Of a stretch of 64,000 nt of DNA, positions 13,619 to 25,724 are shown in pieces (positions within the stretch are counted from its first letter, which is position 1; each line of letters starts with the position of its first letter). The position numbers and the translations under genes were made by a program. Under the pieces are notes generated by a model. The model made no database searches, was not told the DNA's origin, and saw only the letters and a program-made list of their open reading frames with translations. This DNA comes from Escherichia coli (GTDB taxonomy: Bacteria > Pseudomonadota > Gammaproteobacteria > Enterobacterales > Enterobacteriaceae): NCBI RefSeq assembly GCF_050320075.1, contig NZ_CP190018.1, one strand, 5' to 3'.

Positions 13619-15037
13619 ATGCATGTACAGCCCATTTCAACTTTCCGTTTGTTCCAGGAAGGTCATCTGCTACGTAATAGCATCGCTATTTTTGCGCTAA
13701 CCACGCTGTTCTATTTCATTGGTGCAGAGTTACGGCTGGTTCACGAACTTTCTCTTTTCTGGCCGCTGAATGGCGTAATGGCGGGGGTGTTTGCCCGCTA
13801 TGTCTGGCTTAATCGGCTGCATTACTATGCGCTCAGTTATGTGGCGATGCTGGTTTATGATGCCATAACCACCGAATGGGGGCTGGTTTCACTGGCTATC
13901 AATTTCTCCAATATGATGTTTATTGTTACCGTCGCCTTTCTGGTCGCGCGGGATAAGCGTCTGGGGAAAAATAAGTATGAGCCAGTAAGTGCCTTACGGC
14001 TATTTAATTACTGTCTGATTGCCGCATTATTATGCGCTATTGTCGGGGCGATTGGTTCGGTCAGTATTGATAGTCTGGATTTCTGGCCTTTGCTTGCGGA
14101 CTGGTTCAGTGAGCAATTCTCAACGGGCGTGTTGATCGTGCCTTGTATGCTGACGTTGGCTATTCCGGGAGTGCTGCCGCGCTTTAAAGCAGAACAGATG
14201 ATGCCCGCCATCGCGCTTATTGTGTCGGTTATTGCCTCGGTAGTCATTGGCGGAGCGGGGAGTCTGGCGTTCCCGCTGCCTGCATTAATCTGGTGTGCCG
14301 TGCGCTATACGCCGCAGGTAACATGTCTGTTGACCTTTGTCACCGGTGCGGTGGAAATCGTACTGGTGGCAAATTCGGTGATTGATATCTCGGTCGGTTC
14401 GCCGTTCTCCATTCCGGAAATGTTCTCCGCACGTCTCGGTATTGCTACGATGGCGATATGCCCAATTATGGTTTCTTTTAGCGTGGCAGCGATCAATTCG
14501 CTAATGAAGCAAGTTGCGCTGCGAGCCGACTTTGATTTTCTGACTCAGGTTTACTCACGGTCCGGTCTTTATGAGGCGCTGAAAAGTCCATCGCTGAAAC
14601 AGACACAACATCTGACTGTCATGCTGCTTGATATCGACTATTTCAAAAGTATTAACGATAACTATGGACATGAATGTGGCGATAAAGTGTTAAGCGTGTT
14701 TGCAAGGCATATTCAGAAGATTGTCGGTGATAAGGGGCTGGTGGCACGAATGGGCGGCGAAGAATTTGCTGTTGCAGTGCCGTCGGTGAATCCTGTCGAT
14801 GGTCTGCTAATGGCGGAAAAAATCCGTAAAGGCGTTGAACTGCAACCATTCACCTGGCAACAAAAAACGCTTTATCTCACGGTAAGTATTGGCGTCGGTA
14901 GTGGTTGCGCATCGTACCGAACGCTGACCGATGACTTTAATAAATTGATGGTCGAAGCCGATACATGTCTGTATCGCTCGAAGAAAGATGGGCGCAACCG
15001 TACCAGCACTATGCGTTACGGTGAGGAAGTTGTCTGA
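13619..15037 (+). CDS. dgcF: Membrane-bound diguanylate cyclase DgcF (YneF)
   Basis: N-terminal multi-TM region and C-terminal GGDEF domain (RMGGEEFAV); start codon uncertain. Confidence 0.75.
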   Translation: MHVQPISTFRLFQEGHLLRNSIAIFALTTLFYFIGAELRLVHELSLFWPLNGVMAGVFARYVWLNRLHYYALSYVAMLVYDAITTEWGLVSLAINFSNMMFIVTVAFLVARDKRLGKNKYEPVSALRLFNYCLIAALLCAIVGAIGSVSIDSLDFWPLLADWFSEQFSTGVLIVPCMLTLAIPGVLPRFKAEQMMPAIALIVSVIASVVIGGAGSLAFPLPALIWCAVRYTPQVTCLLTFVTGAVEIVLVANSVIDISVGSPFSIPEMFSARLGIATMAICPIMVSFSVAAINSLMKQVALRADFDFLTQVYSRSGLYEALKSPSLKQTQHLTVMLLDIDYFKSINDNYGHECGDKVLSVFARHIQKIVGDKGLVARMGGEEFAVAVPSVNPVDGLLMAEKIRKGVELQPFTWQQKTLYLTVSIGVGSGCASYRTLTDDFNKLMVEADTCLYRSKKDGRNRTSTMRYGEEVV

Positions 15038-15263
15038 CATCTTTATTCATTCACAGCGATTTTAACGGAATGTGTTCTACCACTTTATGATCCAAGAAAA
15101 GGCGTTTTTCCTCGATTAAACCATGATCCGCGCCACACTTTTCTCATAAAACTGCTCATTAATCATCAGGAGTTGATCAAAACAGGGGTTCGGCGTATTA
15201 AAGTTTGCTAACCTGTCGTACCAATTCAAACAGGTTGTATGACTAATCAGAAGGGAACCCATT

Positions 15264-16715
15264 GTGAAAACACTAAATCGTCGCGATTTTCCCGGTGCAC
15301 AGTATCCAGAACGTATCATTCAGTTTGGTGAAGGTAACTTCCTGCGCGCCTTTGTTGACTGGCAAATCGATCTCCTGAATGAGCACACCGATCTGAATTC
15401 TGGCGTGGTCGTTGTTCGTCCGATTGAAACTTCATTCCCGCCGTCACTGAGCACGCAGGATGGTCTGTATACCACCATTATCCGTGGTCTGAACGAGAAG
15501 GGGGAAGCGGTCAGCGACGCGCGTCTGATTCGCTCTGTTAATCGTGAAATCAGCGTCTACAGTGAATACGATGAATTCCTGAAACTGGCGCATAACCCGG
15601 AAATGCGCTTTGTTTTCTCTAACACCACCGAAGCGGGTATCAGCTACCATGCGGGCGATAAATTCGATGACGCGCCAGCGGTAAGTTATCCGGCAAAACT
15701 GACCCGTCTGCTGTTCGAACGTTTTAGCCATTTCAACGGTGCGCTGGATAAAGGTTGGATCATCATCCCGTGTGAGTTGATCGACTACAATGGCGACGCG
15801 TTGCGTGAACTTGTGCTGCGCTATGCGCAAGAGTGGGCACTACCAGAAGCATTTATTCAATGGCTGGATCAGGCTAACAGCTTCTGTTCTACGCTGGTGG
15901 ACCGTATCGTTACCGGCTATCCGCGTGATGAAGTGGCTAAACTGGAAGAAGAACTGGGTTATCACGATGGTTTCCTCGACACCGCTGAACACTTTTACCT
16001 GTTTGTGATTCAGGGGCCGAAATCCTTAGCGACTGAACTGCGTCTGGACAAATATCCGCTCAACGTGCTGATTGTTGACGATATTAAACCGTACAAAGAA
16101 CGCAAAGTGGCAATACTCAACGGTGCGCACACCGCGCTGGTGCCGGTAGCGTTCCAGGCAGGGCTGGATACCGTAGGTGAAGCGATGAACGATGCTGAAA
16201 TTTGCGCATTCGTTGAAAAAGCCATCTACGAAGAAATTATTCCGGTACTGGATTTGCCACGCGATGAGCTGGAGTCTTTCGCCAGTGCAGTCACCGGACG
16301 TTTCCGTAACCCGTACATCAAACATCAGTTGCTATCTATCGCCCTCAACGGTATGACCAAGTTCCGCACCCGCATCCTGCCGCAACTGCTGGCAGGGCAG
16401 AAGGCAAACGGCACACTTCCGGCGCGCCTTACTTTCGCATTAGCGGCATTGATTGCGTTTTATCGCGGTGAGCGTAATGGAGAAACATATCCGGTACAGG
16501 ACGATGCACATTGGCTGGAACGTTATCAGCAACTCTGGAGCCAGCATCGTGACCGTGTTATCGGTACCCAGGAACTGGTAGCGATTGTTTTGGCAGAAAA
16601 AGACCACTGGGAGCAGGACCTGACGCAAGTGCCTGGTCTGGTCGAGCAGGTGGCTAATGACCTGGATGCGATTCTCGAAAAAGGAATGCGCGAAGCTGTA
16701 CGTCCGTTGTGCTAA
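15264..16715 (+). CDS. uxaB: Altronate oxidoreductase (tagaturonate reductase) UxaB
   Basis: 483-aa mannitol-dehydrogenase-family protein; N-terminus [30 protein letters not shown]. Confidence 0.9.
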   Translation: MKTLNRRDFPGAQYPERIIQFGEGNFLRAFVDWQIDLLNEHTDLNSGVVVVRPIETSFPPSLSTQDGLYTTIIRGLNEKGEAVSDARLIRSVNREISVYSEYDEFLKLAHNPEMRFVFSNTTEAGISYHAGDKFDDAPAVSYPAKLTRLLFERFSHFNGALDKGWIIIPCELIDYNGDALRELVLRYAQEWALPEAFIQWLDQANSFCSTLVDRIVTGYPRDEVAKLEEELGYHDGFLDTAEHFYLFVIQGPKSLATELRLDKYPLNVLIVDDIKPYKERKVAILNGAHTALVPVAFQAGLDTVGEAMNDAEICAFVEKAIYEEIIPVLDLPRDELESFASAVTGRFRNPYIKHQLLSIALNGMTKFRTRILPQLLAGQKANGTLPARLTFALAALIAFYRGERNGETYPVQDDAHWLERYQQLWSQHRDRVIGTQELVAIVLAEKDHWEQDLTQVPGLVEQVANDLDAILEKGMREAVRPLC

Positions 16716-16722
16716 TACTCTG

Positions 16723-16750
16723 AACCCGGTTTCGACCGGGTTTCTTATTT
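16723..16750 (+). terminator. Rho-independent terminator downstream of uxaB
   Basis: AACCCGGT-TTCG-ACCGGGTT hairpin followed by TCTTATTTT. Confidence 0.7.
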
Positions 16751-16911
16751 TACTATATTAGTTACAACATCCTATGTGCCTTTATCATTAACGGGTGCCA
16801 TATGCCACACCTGTAAATGTTGTAAGCTTGTAGGTAATTTGTACGTAGCGTCTTGAGAATGTGATCGTAATCACGTTTAATAGGGCGACTTTTCCACGCC
16901 TGAAGATAACC

Positions 16912-17826
16912 ATGATTGTTCGTCCACAACAACACTGGCTGCGCCGTATTTTTGTCTGGCACGGCTCAGTATTATCCAAGATATCCTCGCGCTTACTACT
17001 CAATTTTCTCTTTTCTATCGCTGTTATTTTCATGCTGCCCTGGTACACGCATTTGGGCATCAAATTCACCCTCGCACCGTTCAGCATTCTCGGTGTTGCC
17101 ATCGCCATTTTTCTTGGTTTTCGTAATAATGCCGGGTACGCCCGTTACGTTGAAGCGCGAAAACTTTGGGGGCAGTTGATGATTGCCTCACGGTCGTTAC
17201 TGCGGGAGGTAAAAACGACATTGCCGGATTCGGCAAGTGTAAGGGAGTTTGCCCGGCTGCAAATTGCCTTCGCCCATTGTTTACGCATGACATTACGCAA
17301 ACAGCCACAGGCGGAAGTGCTGGCACATTATCTCAAGACTGAAGATCTTCAGCGTGTACTGGCTTCGAACTCTCCAGCTAACCGTATCTTGTTAATAATG
17401 GGAGAATGGTTGGCGGTTCAGCGCCGCAATGGACAGCTTTCAGATATCCTGTTTATTAGCCTCAACGATCGGCTTAACGATATTTCAGCGGTTCTGGCAG
17501 GCTGCGAGCGCATTGCCTATACGCCAATTCCCTTTGCCTACACCCTGATTTTGCATCGCACCGTTTATCTGTTTTGTATCATGCTGCCGTTCGCGCTGGT
17601 CGTGGACCTGCATTACATGACGCCTTTTATCTCTGTGCTGATTTCCTACACTTTTATTTCGCTGGATTGTCTGGCGGAAGAACTGGAAGATCCCTTCGGT
17701 ACTGAAAACAATGATTTACCGCTGGATGCTATCTGCAACGCTATTGAAATTGACCTGTTACAGATGAACGATGAAACAGAAATTCCAGCAAAAATTCTTC
17801 CCGATCGTCATTACCAGCTGACGTAA
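16912..17826 (+). CDS. yneE: Bestrophin-family membrane protein YneE
   Basis: 304-aa ORF from ATG 16912 (ORF track extends upstream to 16861); bestrophin-like membrane protein; convergent with tam. Confidence 0.78.
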   Translation: MIVRPQQHWLRRIFVWHGSVLSKISSRLLLNFLFSIAVIFMLPWYTHLGIKFTLAPFSILGVAIAIFLGFRNNAGYARYVEARKLWGQLMIASRSLLREVKTTLPDSASVREFARLQIAFAHCLRMTLRKQPQAEVLAHYLKTEDLQRVLASNSPANRILLIMGEWLAVQRRNGQLSDILFISLNDRLNDISAVLAGCERIAYTPIPFAYTLILHRTVYLFCIMLPFALVVDLHYMTPFISVLISYTFISLDCLAEELEDPFGTENNDLPLDAICNAIEIDLLQMNDETEIPAKILPDRHYQLT

Positions 17827-17829
17827 TAT

Positions 17830-18588
17830 TTACTCCGTACGCCGGGCAACAATAAAAAGACGCGGAAATGCCAGCAGTATCTGTCCGTTCTCTTGCAGTG
17901 GATACTGCTCTTCCAGCATCTGATGGTAGCGCGTAAGAAAATGCTGCTGTTCGCTCTCGGTCAGATCCTGTAACCACGGACGTAATCCGGTGGCGGTCAC
18001 CCAATCGATAATCGCCTGGTGCGACGGCATCTGGTGATAGTAGGTGGTTCGCCAGATATCGACCTCACATCCGGCTTCGCTCAAAATATCGTAGTAAGCA
18101 TGAACGCCAGCCAGCGGCTCACGCCCGCGATCCGGATAATTTTGTTCCCAGGCAACTTCGCGCATGAGCACATGGGTCGGCTCTAGCCAGTTATCTGGCA
18201 TCTGTACTGCCAACACACCCTGCGGATTAAGTAAAGAAACCAGATGAGGGAACAATTCGTAGTGGTCGGGCAGCCATTGCAGTGAGGCATTAGCAAAAAT
18301 CAGATCGAGTGCCTGTTCCGGTTGCCAGTTGCGGATGTCTGCTTCCACGAACTGGCAGTCTGGCAAAGCACTGCGCGCTTCAGCAATCATCGCCGGAGAC
18401 GAGTCGATGCCTGTTATCCTGGCCGCAGGCCAACGTTGATGCAGCAGGGCGGTGCTGTTACCTGGGCCACAGCCAAGATCGGCAACGTATTCGATATTTT
18501 CCAGCGGCACTCTGGCAAGCAGCTCCACCGCCGGACGCGATCGTTCAGCGGTAAAGTGCAGATATAAAGAGGGGTTCCAGTCAGACAT
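17830..18588 (-). CDS. tam: trans-Aconitate 2-methyltransferase Tam
   Basis: 252-aa SAM-dependent methyltransferase ([10 protein letters not shown] motif); downstream of lsrG. Confidence 0.88.
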   Translation of the reverse strand: MSDWNPSLYLHFTAERSRPAVELLARVPLENIEYVADLGCGPGNSTALLHQRWPAARITGIDSSPAMIAEARSALPDCQFVEADIRNWQPEQALDLIFANASLQWLPDHYELFPHLVSLLNPQGVLAVQMPDNWLEPTHVLMREVAWEQNYPDRGREPLAGVHAYYDILSEAGCEVDIWRTTYYHQMPSHQAIIDWVTATGLRPWLQDLTESEQQHFLTRYHQMLEEQYPLQENGQILLAFPRLFIVARRTE

Positions 18589-18644
18589 TTTTTTACTCCC
18601 GTCAGCGCGTTACCCCAATTGTAGATAAAATTGATAAATTCGCC

Positions 18645-18935
18645 TCACGGCATCAACCCATTGAACAGACGTTTTTTACGCGGCCCGGTCATTAAAGATT
18701 CCAGTTTCGCGACACAGGTTTTGTAGTGGGGCGTGGTTTTATGGAACGCCACTGCGTCTTCATCTTTATAGGCTTCGTAGATAAAAAAGCGCGAATTCAC
18801 TTCCGGGTCCTGTAAGACATCGAAGCGCAAATTGCCTTCTTCCTGTACCGAGCCCAGGTGGTTCTGGCGAAAAACTTCGATAAACTCGTCAACCTTGTCT
18901 TCATGAACGTTAATTTCAACCAGTGTGACGTGCAT
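18645..18935 (-). CDS. lsrG: AI-2 degradation protein LsrG ((4S)-4-hydroxy-5-phosphonooxypentane-2,3-dione isomerase)
   Basis: 96-aa ABM-fold protein; last gene of the lsr operon. Confidence 0.88.
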   Translation of the reverse strand: MHVTLVEINVHEDKVDEFIEVFRQNHLGSVQEEGNLRFDVLQDPEVNSRFFIYEAYKDEDAVAFHKTTPHYKTCVAKLESLMTGPRKKRLFNGLMP

Positions 18936-18958
18936 AATTCTTCTCCTTAAATCCGCAG

Positions 18959-19834
18959 TTACTGTTTTTCACTCAGATAGAGTTCATATGCCCGATCAGC
19001 CGTTTCGTTATGGTGTACCACCGCCTGTACGGCTTTCATCATCGCCACCGGATGGTCAGACTGGAAAATATTACGCCCCATATCCACACCAGAAGCGCCC
19101 TGATCGATAGCCTGCCAGCACATTTCCAGCGCCTCGCGCTCCGGTAATTTTTTACCGCCAGCAATAACAATGGGTACCGGACATCCGGCAACAATCCGTT
19201 CAAAACCTTTATCGACATAATAAGTTTTGATAATCTGCGCCCCCATTTCAGCGGCGATTCGGGTAGCCAGCGAGAAATAACGCTGATCGCGCACCATATC
19301 TTTGCCCACGCCAGTCACGGCCATGGTCGGCATTCCTACTTTCATTCCGGCATCGACCAGCTGAATAATATTTTTAATCGACTGATGTTCATATTCACTG
19401 CCGATATAAACCTGCGCCGCCACCGCGCAACTGTTCAGGCGCACGGCGTCATCCATCGATAACGCCACGGCTTCATTACTTAATTCCGCCAGAATAGAGT
19501 TCGCACCTGACGCCCGCAGTACCACTGGCTTATTAGTCGCCGGGGGGACTACGCTGCGCAAAATGCCGCGCGTACACATTAATACATCGGCATGTTCAAA
19601 CAGCGGGGCGATATTTATATCAATGCGTTCAAGTCCGGTAGTCGGCCCCTGAAAATAACCATGGTCAAAGGCCAGCATCACGGTGTTACCCGTTTTCGGA
19701 TTAAATATCCGTGATAAGCGTGACTGCATTCCCCAATCCAGCGCACCGCAACCTTTCAGGGTAAAAGGGATATTTTGTTGCGGTTGATCGGTACGAAAAT
19801 CTTTACCATCTTTAATATCGTCTAAATCTGCCAT
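18959..19834 (-). CDS. lsrF: LsrF (aldolase-family 3-hydroxy-5-phosphonooxypentane-2,4-dione thiolase)
   Basis: 291-aa DeoC/FbaB-type aldolase-fold protein; operon position. Confidence 0.88.
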   Translation of the reverse strand: MADLDDIKDGKDFRTDQPQQNIPFTLKGCGALDWGMQSRLSRIFNPKTGNTVMLAFDHGYFQGPTTGLERIDINIAPLFEHADVLMCTRGILRSVVPPATNKPVVLRASGANSILAELSNEAVALSMDDAVRLNSCAVAAQVYIGSEYEHQSIKNIIQLVDAGMKVGMPTMAVTGVGKDMVRDQRYFSLATRIAAEMGAQIIKTYYVDKGFERIVAGCPVPIVIAGGKKLPEREALEMCWQAIDQGASGVDMGRNIFQSDHPVAMMKAVQAVVHHNETADRAYELYLSEKQ

Positions 19835-19860
19835 AACGTACTCCGGTTAAGTAATGCACA

Positions 19861-20883
19861 TCAGAAATCGTATTTGCCGATATTCTCTTTGTTGAATATC
19901 ACGCGCTCCGGTAACAGTACGATGCCATTACCATCCGCTTCGTAGTCATAGCCCTGAACGCTGTTTGGCGAGACTTCCACCTGACCTACGCCCTGAATAT
20001 CCAGCTTGTCGCCCGTTTTCATTGATCCTTTTTTCAATAATTCATCCGCGACATAAACTGATATTTTACCTTGCTGAACCACATCCCACAGGCCAAATTC
20101 TTTCACCGTGCCGCGTTCCACATACGGACGCATCACGTTTGGCGTACTGAATCCGACAATCGCAACTTTGTCATTTTTCAGGTTTTCTGCAGCTTGTGCG
20201 GCAGCGGGCAGGGCGTTGGCGTCGGGGGCGATAATGGCGTCGAGATCGCTATAGGCTTTTAATATTCCTTCTGCAGTTTGTAACGATTTAGTGGCATCGT
20301 TATAGCCAAACTGCGTAGTGACAATTTCCCAGCCTGGATGCTCTTTGGCGATTTTCGCTTTCGCCTCTTTCACCCACTGGTTTTGGTCCGTAACGGTGGG
20401 GCTTGAGTAGAAAAACGCGACTTTGGTTTTGTCTTTATTCACCTGACGCGCCGCCATATCCACCAACATACCTCCCAACTGGGCGGGCGTTCCCTGATTA
20501 ATGTAGTAAGAGCGGCACTCCGGTTTAGTATCAGAGTCCCAGGTCAGCACTCTCACACCACGTTGCATGGCGCGTTTCAGTGCCGGACACAAGCCATCAG
20601 GCGAAACCGCAGAAACGATAATGGCGTTATAACCCTGATTAACGAAGTTATTAATCAACTGTACCTGACCAGAAACACTGGGTTCTGTCGGCCCGTCGTA
20701 GGTCACATCAACGCCCAGCTCTTTACCCGCTTGTTGTGCGCCGTTGCCACCGCTGGTAAAAAATCCCACGCCAACCAGTTTGGGAATAAATGCAATACGC
20801 TCTGCGGCCTGCACATTCATAGAGATTGCGGCAATGCCAAGCGCGCTAAGTAAGGCGATTTTCTTAAAGCGATGAAGTGTCAT
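19861..20883 (-). CDS. lsrB: AI-2 periplasmic binding protein LsrB
   Basis: 340-aa protein with signal peptide and periplasmic sugar-binding fold. Confidence 0.88.
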   Translation of the reverse strand: MTLHRFKKIALLSALGIAAISMNVQAAERIAFIPKLVGVGFFTSGGNGAQQAGKELGVDVTYDGPTEPSVSGQVQLINNFVNQGYNAIIVSAVSPDGLCPALKRAMQRGVRVLTWDSDTKPECRSYYINQGTPAQLGGMLVDMAARQVNKDKTKVAFFYSSPTVTDQNQWVKEAKAKIAKEHPGWEIVTTQFGYNDATKSLQTAEGILKAYSDLDAIIAPDANALPAAAQAAENLKNDKVAIVGFSTPNVMRPYVERGTVKEFGLWDVVQQGKISVYVADELLKKGSMKTGDKLDIQGVGQVEVSPNSVQGYDYEADGNGIVLLPERVIFNKENIGKYDF

Positions 20884-20894
20884 GAAGATATCCT

Positions 20895-21887
20895 TTATGG
20901 CAATGGGTTATTGGCCCGACGCGCCAGCCACTCTTTAATTTGCTGGCGATGCAGGCTAACGGAACGACCTACGACAACGACGATAAGTAGCGCACCGGAA
21001 AGGGCGCTGGACACCTGATTTGGCACTCCTGCCATTTGCAAACCTTGTTGCAAATATCCCACTAATAAAACCGCAATGGCGGTGCCGATAATGGAACCGG
21101 AACCACCATAAATATTGGCACCGCCAAGCACCACGGCGGTGATGGCGGGCATCAGAAACGACGCACCGAGATCGGAACGTGCTGAACCAAAATACGATAC
21201 CAGCAGCACAGCGGCGACTGCAGACGCCAGCCCCGTCATGGCATAGAGCGCACATAAGGTGCGGTTAACTGGAATCGCGCTATAAAGCGCCACGCGCGGG
21301 CTTTGCCCAATCAAAAACACGTTACGTCCGGCATGGGTTTTATGCAGCCAGAGCCAGAAAACGAGGAGACATATCAGAAAGATAATCAGCGGAACGGGGA
21401 ATCCCAGCACATCCAGGTTAGCGAAATCTGTAAACGCCATCGGGAATCCACCAATACCTTCGTACCCCGTCGCTCCGGCCATCCCGGAAAGCAGCAGAGC
21501 GCTTCCGGCAAACAGATACAGCGTGCCAAGCGTAATCACCAGCGGGTTAACTTTGGTATAGATAATTAATCCGGCGTTGATCAGCCCGCACAATGCGCCG
21601 AGCAGTAAGGTCAGGAGAATCGCCAGCGGCATCGGCACACCACTTTGAAACAATACGCCCAATGCAATGGCGCAGAGGCCGATGGTCGAACCAAACGAAA
21701 TATCGATCCCACCACTGACAATCACCATCGTCAGCGGTAGGGCGACAATGCCAATGCAGATAAAGTCACTGGTGCTGAACAGCAACATATTGAGATCTAA
21801 CATCCGCGGGTTAATTGCACCAAATGCGACAATCTCAATAACGAGCAGTGCGGCAAGAGCCAGTTCCCAACCGTAGCGAATACGCAT
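20895..21887 (-). CDS. lsrD: AI-2 ABC transporter permease LsrD
   Basis: 330-aa ribose-type ABC permease. Confidence 0.86.
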   Translation of the reverse strand: MRIRYGWELALAALLVIEIVAFGAINPRMLDLNMLLFSTSDFICIGIVALPLTMVIVSGGIDISFGSTIGLCAIALGVLFQSGVPMPLAILLTLLLGALCGLINAGLIIYTKVNPLVITLGTLYLFAGSALLLSGMAGATGYEGIGGFPMAFTDFANLDVLGFPVPLIIFLICLLVFWLWLHKTHAGRNVFLIGQSPRVALYSAIPVNRTLCALYAMTGLASAVAAVLLVSYFGSARSDLGASFLMPAITAVVLGGANIYGGSGSIIGTAIAVLLVGYLQQGLQMAGVPNQVSSALSGALLIVVVVGRSVSLHRQQIKEWLARRANNPLP

Positions 21888-22915
21888 TATGCAGCCTCCC
21901 GTTTTTTACCTGACGAAGCGGGTTTAACGGATGGCGGTGGCGTCATAAAGCGGGCATATTTTTGCCGCCGCAGATTACGTTCCAGCGCACAACGCAGGCG
22001 TCCATCAAACACCAGCACCGCCAGCAGCACGAGGCCCGCGATAAAATCGTTCCACCATGCCGGAATGCGCAACAGCACCAGTACACTATCGATCTGCGTC
22101 AGGAACCATGCGCCGAGTACCGCACCGATGATCGCGCCGGAACCGCCGAGCAAACTAATGCCGCCCAGCACGCAGGCTGCAATTGCTTTCATCTCCAGCC
22201 CGGTACCGGTCTGGTTGGGGATAAAACCAATCTGCGAAGCAAACACAATTCCCGCCAGTGCCGCCATGCAGCCGTTCAACGAAAATGCCACAATGCGAAT
22301 GGCTTCCGTACGAACGCCCAGTTGACGAGCGCCCTGTAAATTATCGCCCGTGACATAAAAACTGCGTCCAAACGCCGTCTTTGCCAGCAGCCAGGCCATA
22401 AATGCCACCAGAATTATCGTCAACCAACCAATCGCGGAAACGCCAAACAGCAGCGGGGCGGAGAGTTGTTTCAGTTCGGCGGGTAATCCCTCAATCCATT
22501 TACCGCCAGTCCACAGCAACATGATGCCTCTGTACAACCCTAACGTTCCAAGGGTGGCAACAATGGCAGGGATCTTTAGCCACGCGACCAGGACACCGTT
22601 GAAAAATCCCGCGAGCAAACCAAGCAGTAGAGTCGCGACACAAGCAACAGGTAGTGAATACCCCGCGTTCAGTAACATCCCCAACAGCACCGCGCACATT
22701 CCGGTAATCGAACCCACTGAAACATCAATATTGCGCGTAAGCATTACCAGCGTCGCGCCCATTGCCAGCAGGATCAGGATTTGCGCGCTGCTATAAACCA
22801 TGGTCAGCGTTTGCACACTTAAATACTGGCGGTCGAGAAAACCGGGTAATACAAACAGCAGCACCACCGCCAGCAGTGCTGTGATTTCACGGTTGTTCTG
22901 AATAAATTTCAGCAT
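21887..22915 (-). CDS. lsrC: AI-2 ABC transporter permease LsrC
   Basis: 342-aa ABC permease; stop overlaps the lsrD start. Confidence 0.86.
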   Translation of the reverse strand: MLKFIQNNREITALLAVVLLFVLPGFLDRQYLSVQTLTMVYSSAQILILLAMGATLVMLTRNIDVSVGSITGMCAVLLGMLLNAGYSLPVACVATLLLGLLAGFFNGVLVAWLKIPAIVATLGTLGLYRGIMLLWTGGKWIEGLPAELKQLSAPLLFGVSAIGWLTIILVAFMAWLLAKTAFGRSFYVTGDNLQGARQLGVRTEAIRIVAFSLNGCMAALAGIVFASQIGFIPNQTGTGLEMKAIAACVLGGISLLGGSGAIIGAVLGAWFLTQIDSVLVLLRIPAWWNDFIAGLVLLAVLVFDGRLRCALERNLRRQKYARFMTPPPSVKPASSGKKREAA

Positions 22916-24444
22916 GACGCCTCCTGACGCTGACTATCGCCGAAGGCAACGCGCATAATGGTCTCGACATTAATATCGCGTCCGGTCAGTGCAGAGTGGG
23001 CAATTTCGCCCTGATGCATCACATATACGCGATCTGCCATCAGTTCGATCTCTTCCAGATCAGAGGAGATAAGCAGCACTGCCACATTCTGTGCGGCGAT
23101 GCTGCGCAACAGCTGGTAGATATCATTACGGGCTGAGACATCCACGCCGCGCGTCGGCTCATCGACAATCAATACTTGCGGCGAGGCTTCCAGACATTTG
23201 GCAATCAGGATTTTTTGCTGGTTGCCGCCGGATAAGGTCCGCGCAGCTTGTTCCGGTTGGTTAAATTTAATATTCAGCGCCCGACGATAACGTTCCAGTG
23301 TGGCGCTATCTTTCGCGGTTTTCGCCCAGAATCCACGAAGGTTATGAGTAAGGGCGCAGACGTTCCAGGCCAGCGAAGCATCGAGATTCAGTCCGGATGA
23401 CTGGCGATCTTCCGGCAGATAAACCAGACCGCGCAGTAAACGTTCTCCAGTGGATAATTTATTGATCTCTTTACCATTCAGCATAATGCGTCCGCCACGC
23501 AAAGTACGCAGACCATAGAGCGTCTCGGCCAGTTCTGTGCGTCCGGCCCCCACCAGCCCAGCCAGACCCAGAATTTCTCCGGCATTAAGCGTCAGGCTGA
23601 CATTCATAAAACCTTCGCCGGTCAGGTTTTCCAGTGTCAGCACCGGCGTTCCGGCGGCATGTTGTGGGCGGTTGCCAGGTAACTCCAGCCATAATTTTTG
23701 GCTGGCAGAGAGCGATTTTTCCCGTAGCGCTGGCGTGATGGCCTGAATAATGTCGTCGGTAGACAGTTCGCTGGTTTTGCCGCTTAAGGCGATAGTTCCG
23801 TCGCGCATCACGCTAATCCGATCGGCAATCTGGCGAATTTCCGGCAGCTTATGCGAGATAAAAACAATACCCACGCCAGTAGCAAGCAGCTCTTGCAAGC
23901 GAGTAAACAAGCGTTCGGTTTCCGCAGGGGTAAGCGAGGCGGTAGGTTCATCGAGGATCAGAATCCGCGAGTCGCGCATCAGCCCGCGGAGGATTTCCAC
24001 CATTTGGCGATCGGCGACATCCAGCGATCCTGCCAGACTATGCAGATCAAACTGGCAGCCCAGCGCCGCCAGCAAGTTCTTCATTTTCTGCATGGAGAGC
24101 TGTTTTTTTGCCAGCCCAAACAGGATGTTTTCTTTTATCGACAGGCTTGGGAAAAGCAGCGGTTCCTGGGGAACGAGATAAATACCCAGCTGATGAGCAT
24201 GAACTGGCGTTAATCTGGCGTAGTTGTTGCCCCCAATCTCCAGCGTACCGCTATCAGCAGGGGTAATACCGGCAATAATCTTCATTAACGTCGATTTACC
24301 GGCACCATTGCCGCCGAGCAGGGCGTGGACCTCCCCCTGATGCAACGTAAAATCGATGCCTTTCAGGACATTGACCCCTGAATACTGTTTATAAACCGAG
24401 CGGGCGCAAAGTAGCGGTAACGCGCGGGTATCACTCGTTTGCAT
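22909..24444 (-). CDS. lsrA: AI-2 ABC transporter ATP-binding protein LsrA
   Basis: 511-aa protein with duplicated ABC ATPase domains (Walker [14 protein letters not shown] signature). Confidence 0.9.
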   Translation of the reverse strand: MQTSDTRALPLLCARSVYKQYSGVNVLKGIDFTLHQGEVHALLGGNGAGKSTLMKIIAGITPADSGTLEIGGNNYARLTPVHAHQLGIYLVPQEPLLFPSLSIKENILFGLAKKQLSMQKMKNLLAALGCQFDLHSLAGSLDVADRQMVEILRGLMRDSRILILDEPTASLTPAETERLFTRLQELLATGVGIVFISHKLPEIRQIADRISVMRDGTIALSGKTSELSTDDIIQAITPALREKSLSASQKLWLELPGNRPQHAAGTPVLTLENLTGEGFMNVSLTLNAGEILGLAGLVGAGRTELAETLYGLRTLRGGRIMLNGKEINKLSTGERLLRGLVYLPEDRQSSGLNLDASLAWNVCALTHNLRGFWAKTAKDSATLERYRRALNIKFNQPEQAARTLSGGNQQKILIAKCLEASPQVLIVDEPTRGVDVSARNDIYQLLRSIAAQNVAVLLISSDLEEIELMADRVYVMHQGEIAHSALTGRDINVETIMRVAFGDSQRQEASC

Positions 24445-24475
24445 ATTTCCCCCGTTCAGTTTTGCAGGTGAGTTT

Positions 24476-24508
24476 TGAACAAATGTATTTCTGCTTTTAA
24501 TTTGTTCA
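24476..24508. promoter_or_regulatory. Palindrome TGAACAAAT-N15-ATTTGTTCA in lsrA-proximal promoter (candidate LsrR operator)
   Basis: Inverted repeat read directly; same TGAACA-N21-TGTTCA architecture recurs at 24644-24676. Confidence 0.5.
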
Positions 24509-24608
24509 TAACCTTAGGTGGACATTGCACATATTTCCGACGAATAGATCACAATTTATGCTATTTTGATTTTCACGGTTGCGTTTGTTCATACTCGTAG
24601 AGTCAAAC

Positions 24609-24624
24609 TGTGGTTGCCATCACA
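24609..24624. promoter_or_regulatory. Candidate cAMP-CRP site (TGTGG-N6-TCACA) in lsr intergenic region
   Basis: Near-consensus CRP half-sites separated by 6 bp; the lsr operon is known to be CRP-dependent. Confidence 0.45.
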
Positions 24625-24643
24625 GATATAAATGCGCAAGAAC

Positions 24644-24676
24644 TGAACAATTGCATTAAAGATTTAAATATGTTCA
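24644..24676. promoter_or_regulatory. Palindrome TGAACA-N21-TGTTCA in lsrR-proximal promoter (candidate LsrR operator)
   Basis: Inverted repeat read directly, 17 bp upstream of the lsrR start. Confidence 0.5.
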
Positions 24677-24692
24677 AAGTGAAGAATGAATT

Positions 24693-25646
24693 ATGACAAT
24701 CAACGATTCGGCAATTTCAGAACAGGGAATGTGTGAAGAAGAACAGGTCGCGCGGATCGCGTGGTTTTACTACCACGACGGGCTGACCCAGAGCGAGATC
24801 AGCGATCGTCTCGGGCTGACTCGCTTGAAAGTGTCGCGATTACTGGAAAAAGGGCATCAGTCCGGCATTATTCGCGTGCAGATTAATTCTCGCTTTGAAG
24901 GCTGTCTGGAACATGAAACACAATTACGTCGTCAGTTTTCGCTGCAACATGTCCGGGTGATCCCTGGGCTTGCGGATGCTGATGTCGGCGGGCGACTAGG
25001 GATAGGCGCGGCGCATATGTTGATGAGTTTACTTCAACCACAACAGATGCTGGCGATTGGTTTTGGCGAGGCAACCATGAATACGCTGCAACGCTTAAGT
25101 GGTTTTATTTCGTCGCAGCAAATTCGCCTGGTCACGCTCTCCGGTGGCGTCGGTTCTTATATGACGGGTATCGGGCAGCTTAATGCGGCGTGCAGTGTGA
25201 ATATTATTCCGGCTCCGCTGCGGGCATCCTCCGCTGACATTGCCCGTACGCTAAAAAATGAAAATTGCGTCAAAGATGTTCTGTTAGCCGCACAAGCTGC
25301 GGATGTGGCGATTGTCGGCATTGGGGCCGTGAGTCAACAAGACGACGCGACGATCATTCGCTCCGGCTATATCAGCCAGGGCGAACAGTTAATGATTGGT
25401 CGAAAAGGGGCTGTTGGCGACATTTTAGGCTACTTTTTTGATGCAAAAGGTGACGTTGTCACGGATATTAAAATACATAACGAACTGATTGGCTTACCTT
25501 TAAGCGCGCTGAAGACCATACCCGTCCGGGTTGGCGTGGCAGGGGGAGAAAATAAAGCCGAAGCCATTGCCGCTGCAATGAAAGGCGGTTATATCAACGC
25601 ACTGGTTACCGATCAGGACACAGCAGCGGCGATTTTACGTAATTAA
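24693..25646 (+). CDS. lsrR: Transcriptional repressor LsrR (SorC family)
   Basis: 317-aa protein with N-terminal HTH and SorC/DeoR-type sugar-phosphate-binding domain; divergent from lsrA. Confidence 0.9.
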   Translation: MTINDSAISEQGMCEEEQVARIAWFYYHDGLTQSEISDRLGLTRLKVSRLLEKGHQSGIIRVQINSRFEGCLEHETQLRRQFSLQHVRVIPGLADADVGGRLGIGAAHMLMSLLQPQQMLAIGFGEATMNTLQRLSGFISSQQIRLVTLSGGVGSYMTGIGQLNAACSVNIIPAPLRASSADIARTLKNENCVKDVLLAAQAADVAIVGIGAVSQQDDATIIRSGYISQGEQLMIGRKGAVGDILGYFFDAKGDVVTDIKIHNELIGLPLSALKTIPVRVGVAGGENKAEAIAAAMKGGYINALVTDQDTAAAILRN

Positions 25647-25724
25647 ATTTGCATGACCTTATTACCGGGAATGATGGAGAACGTATAGAGGAACAGACAG
25701 AACGCATAAGCCGAGGATAATCTA

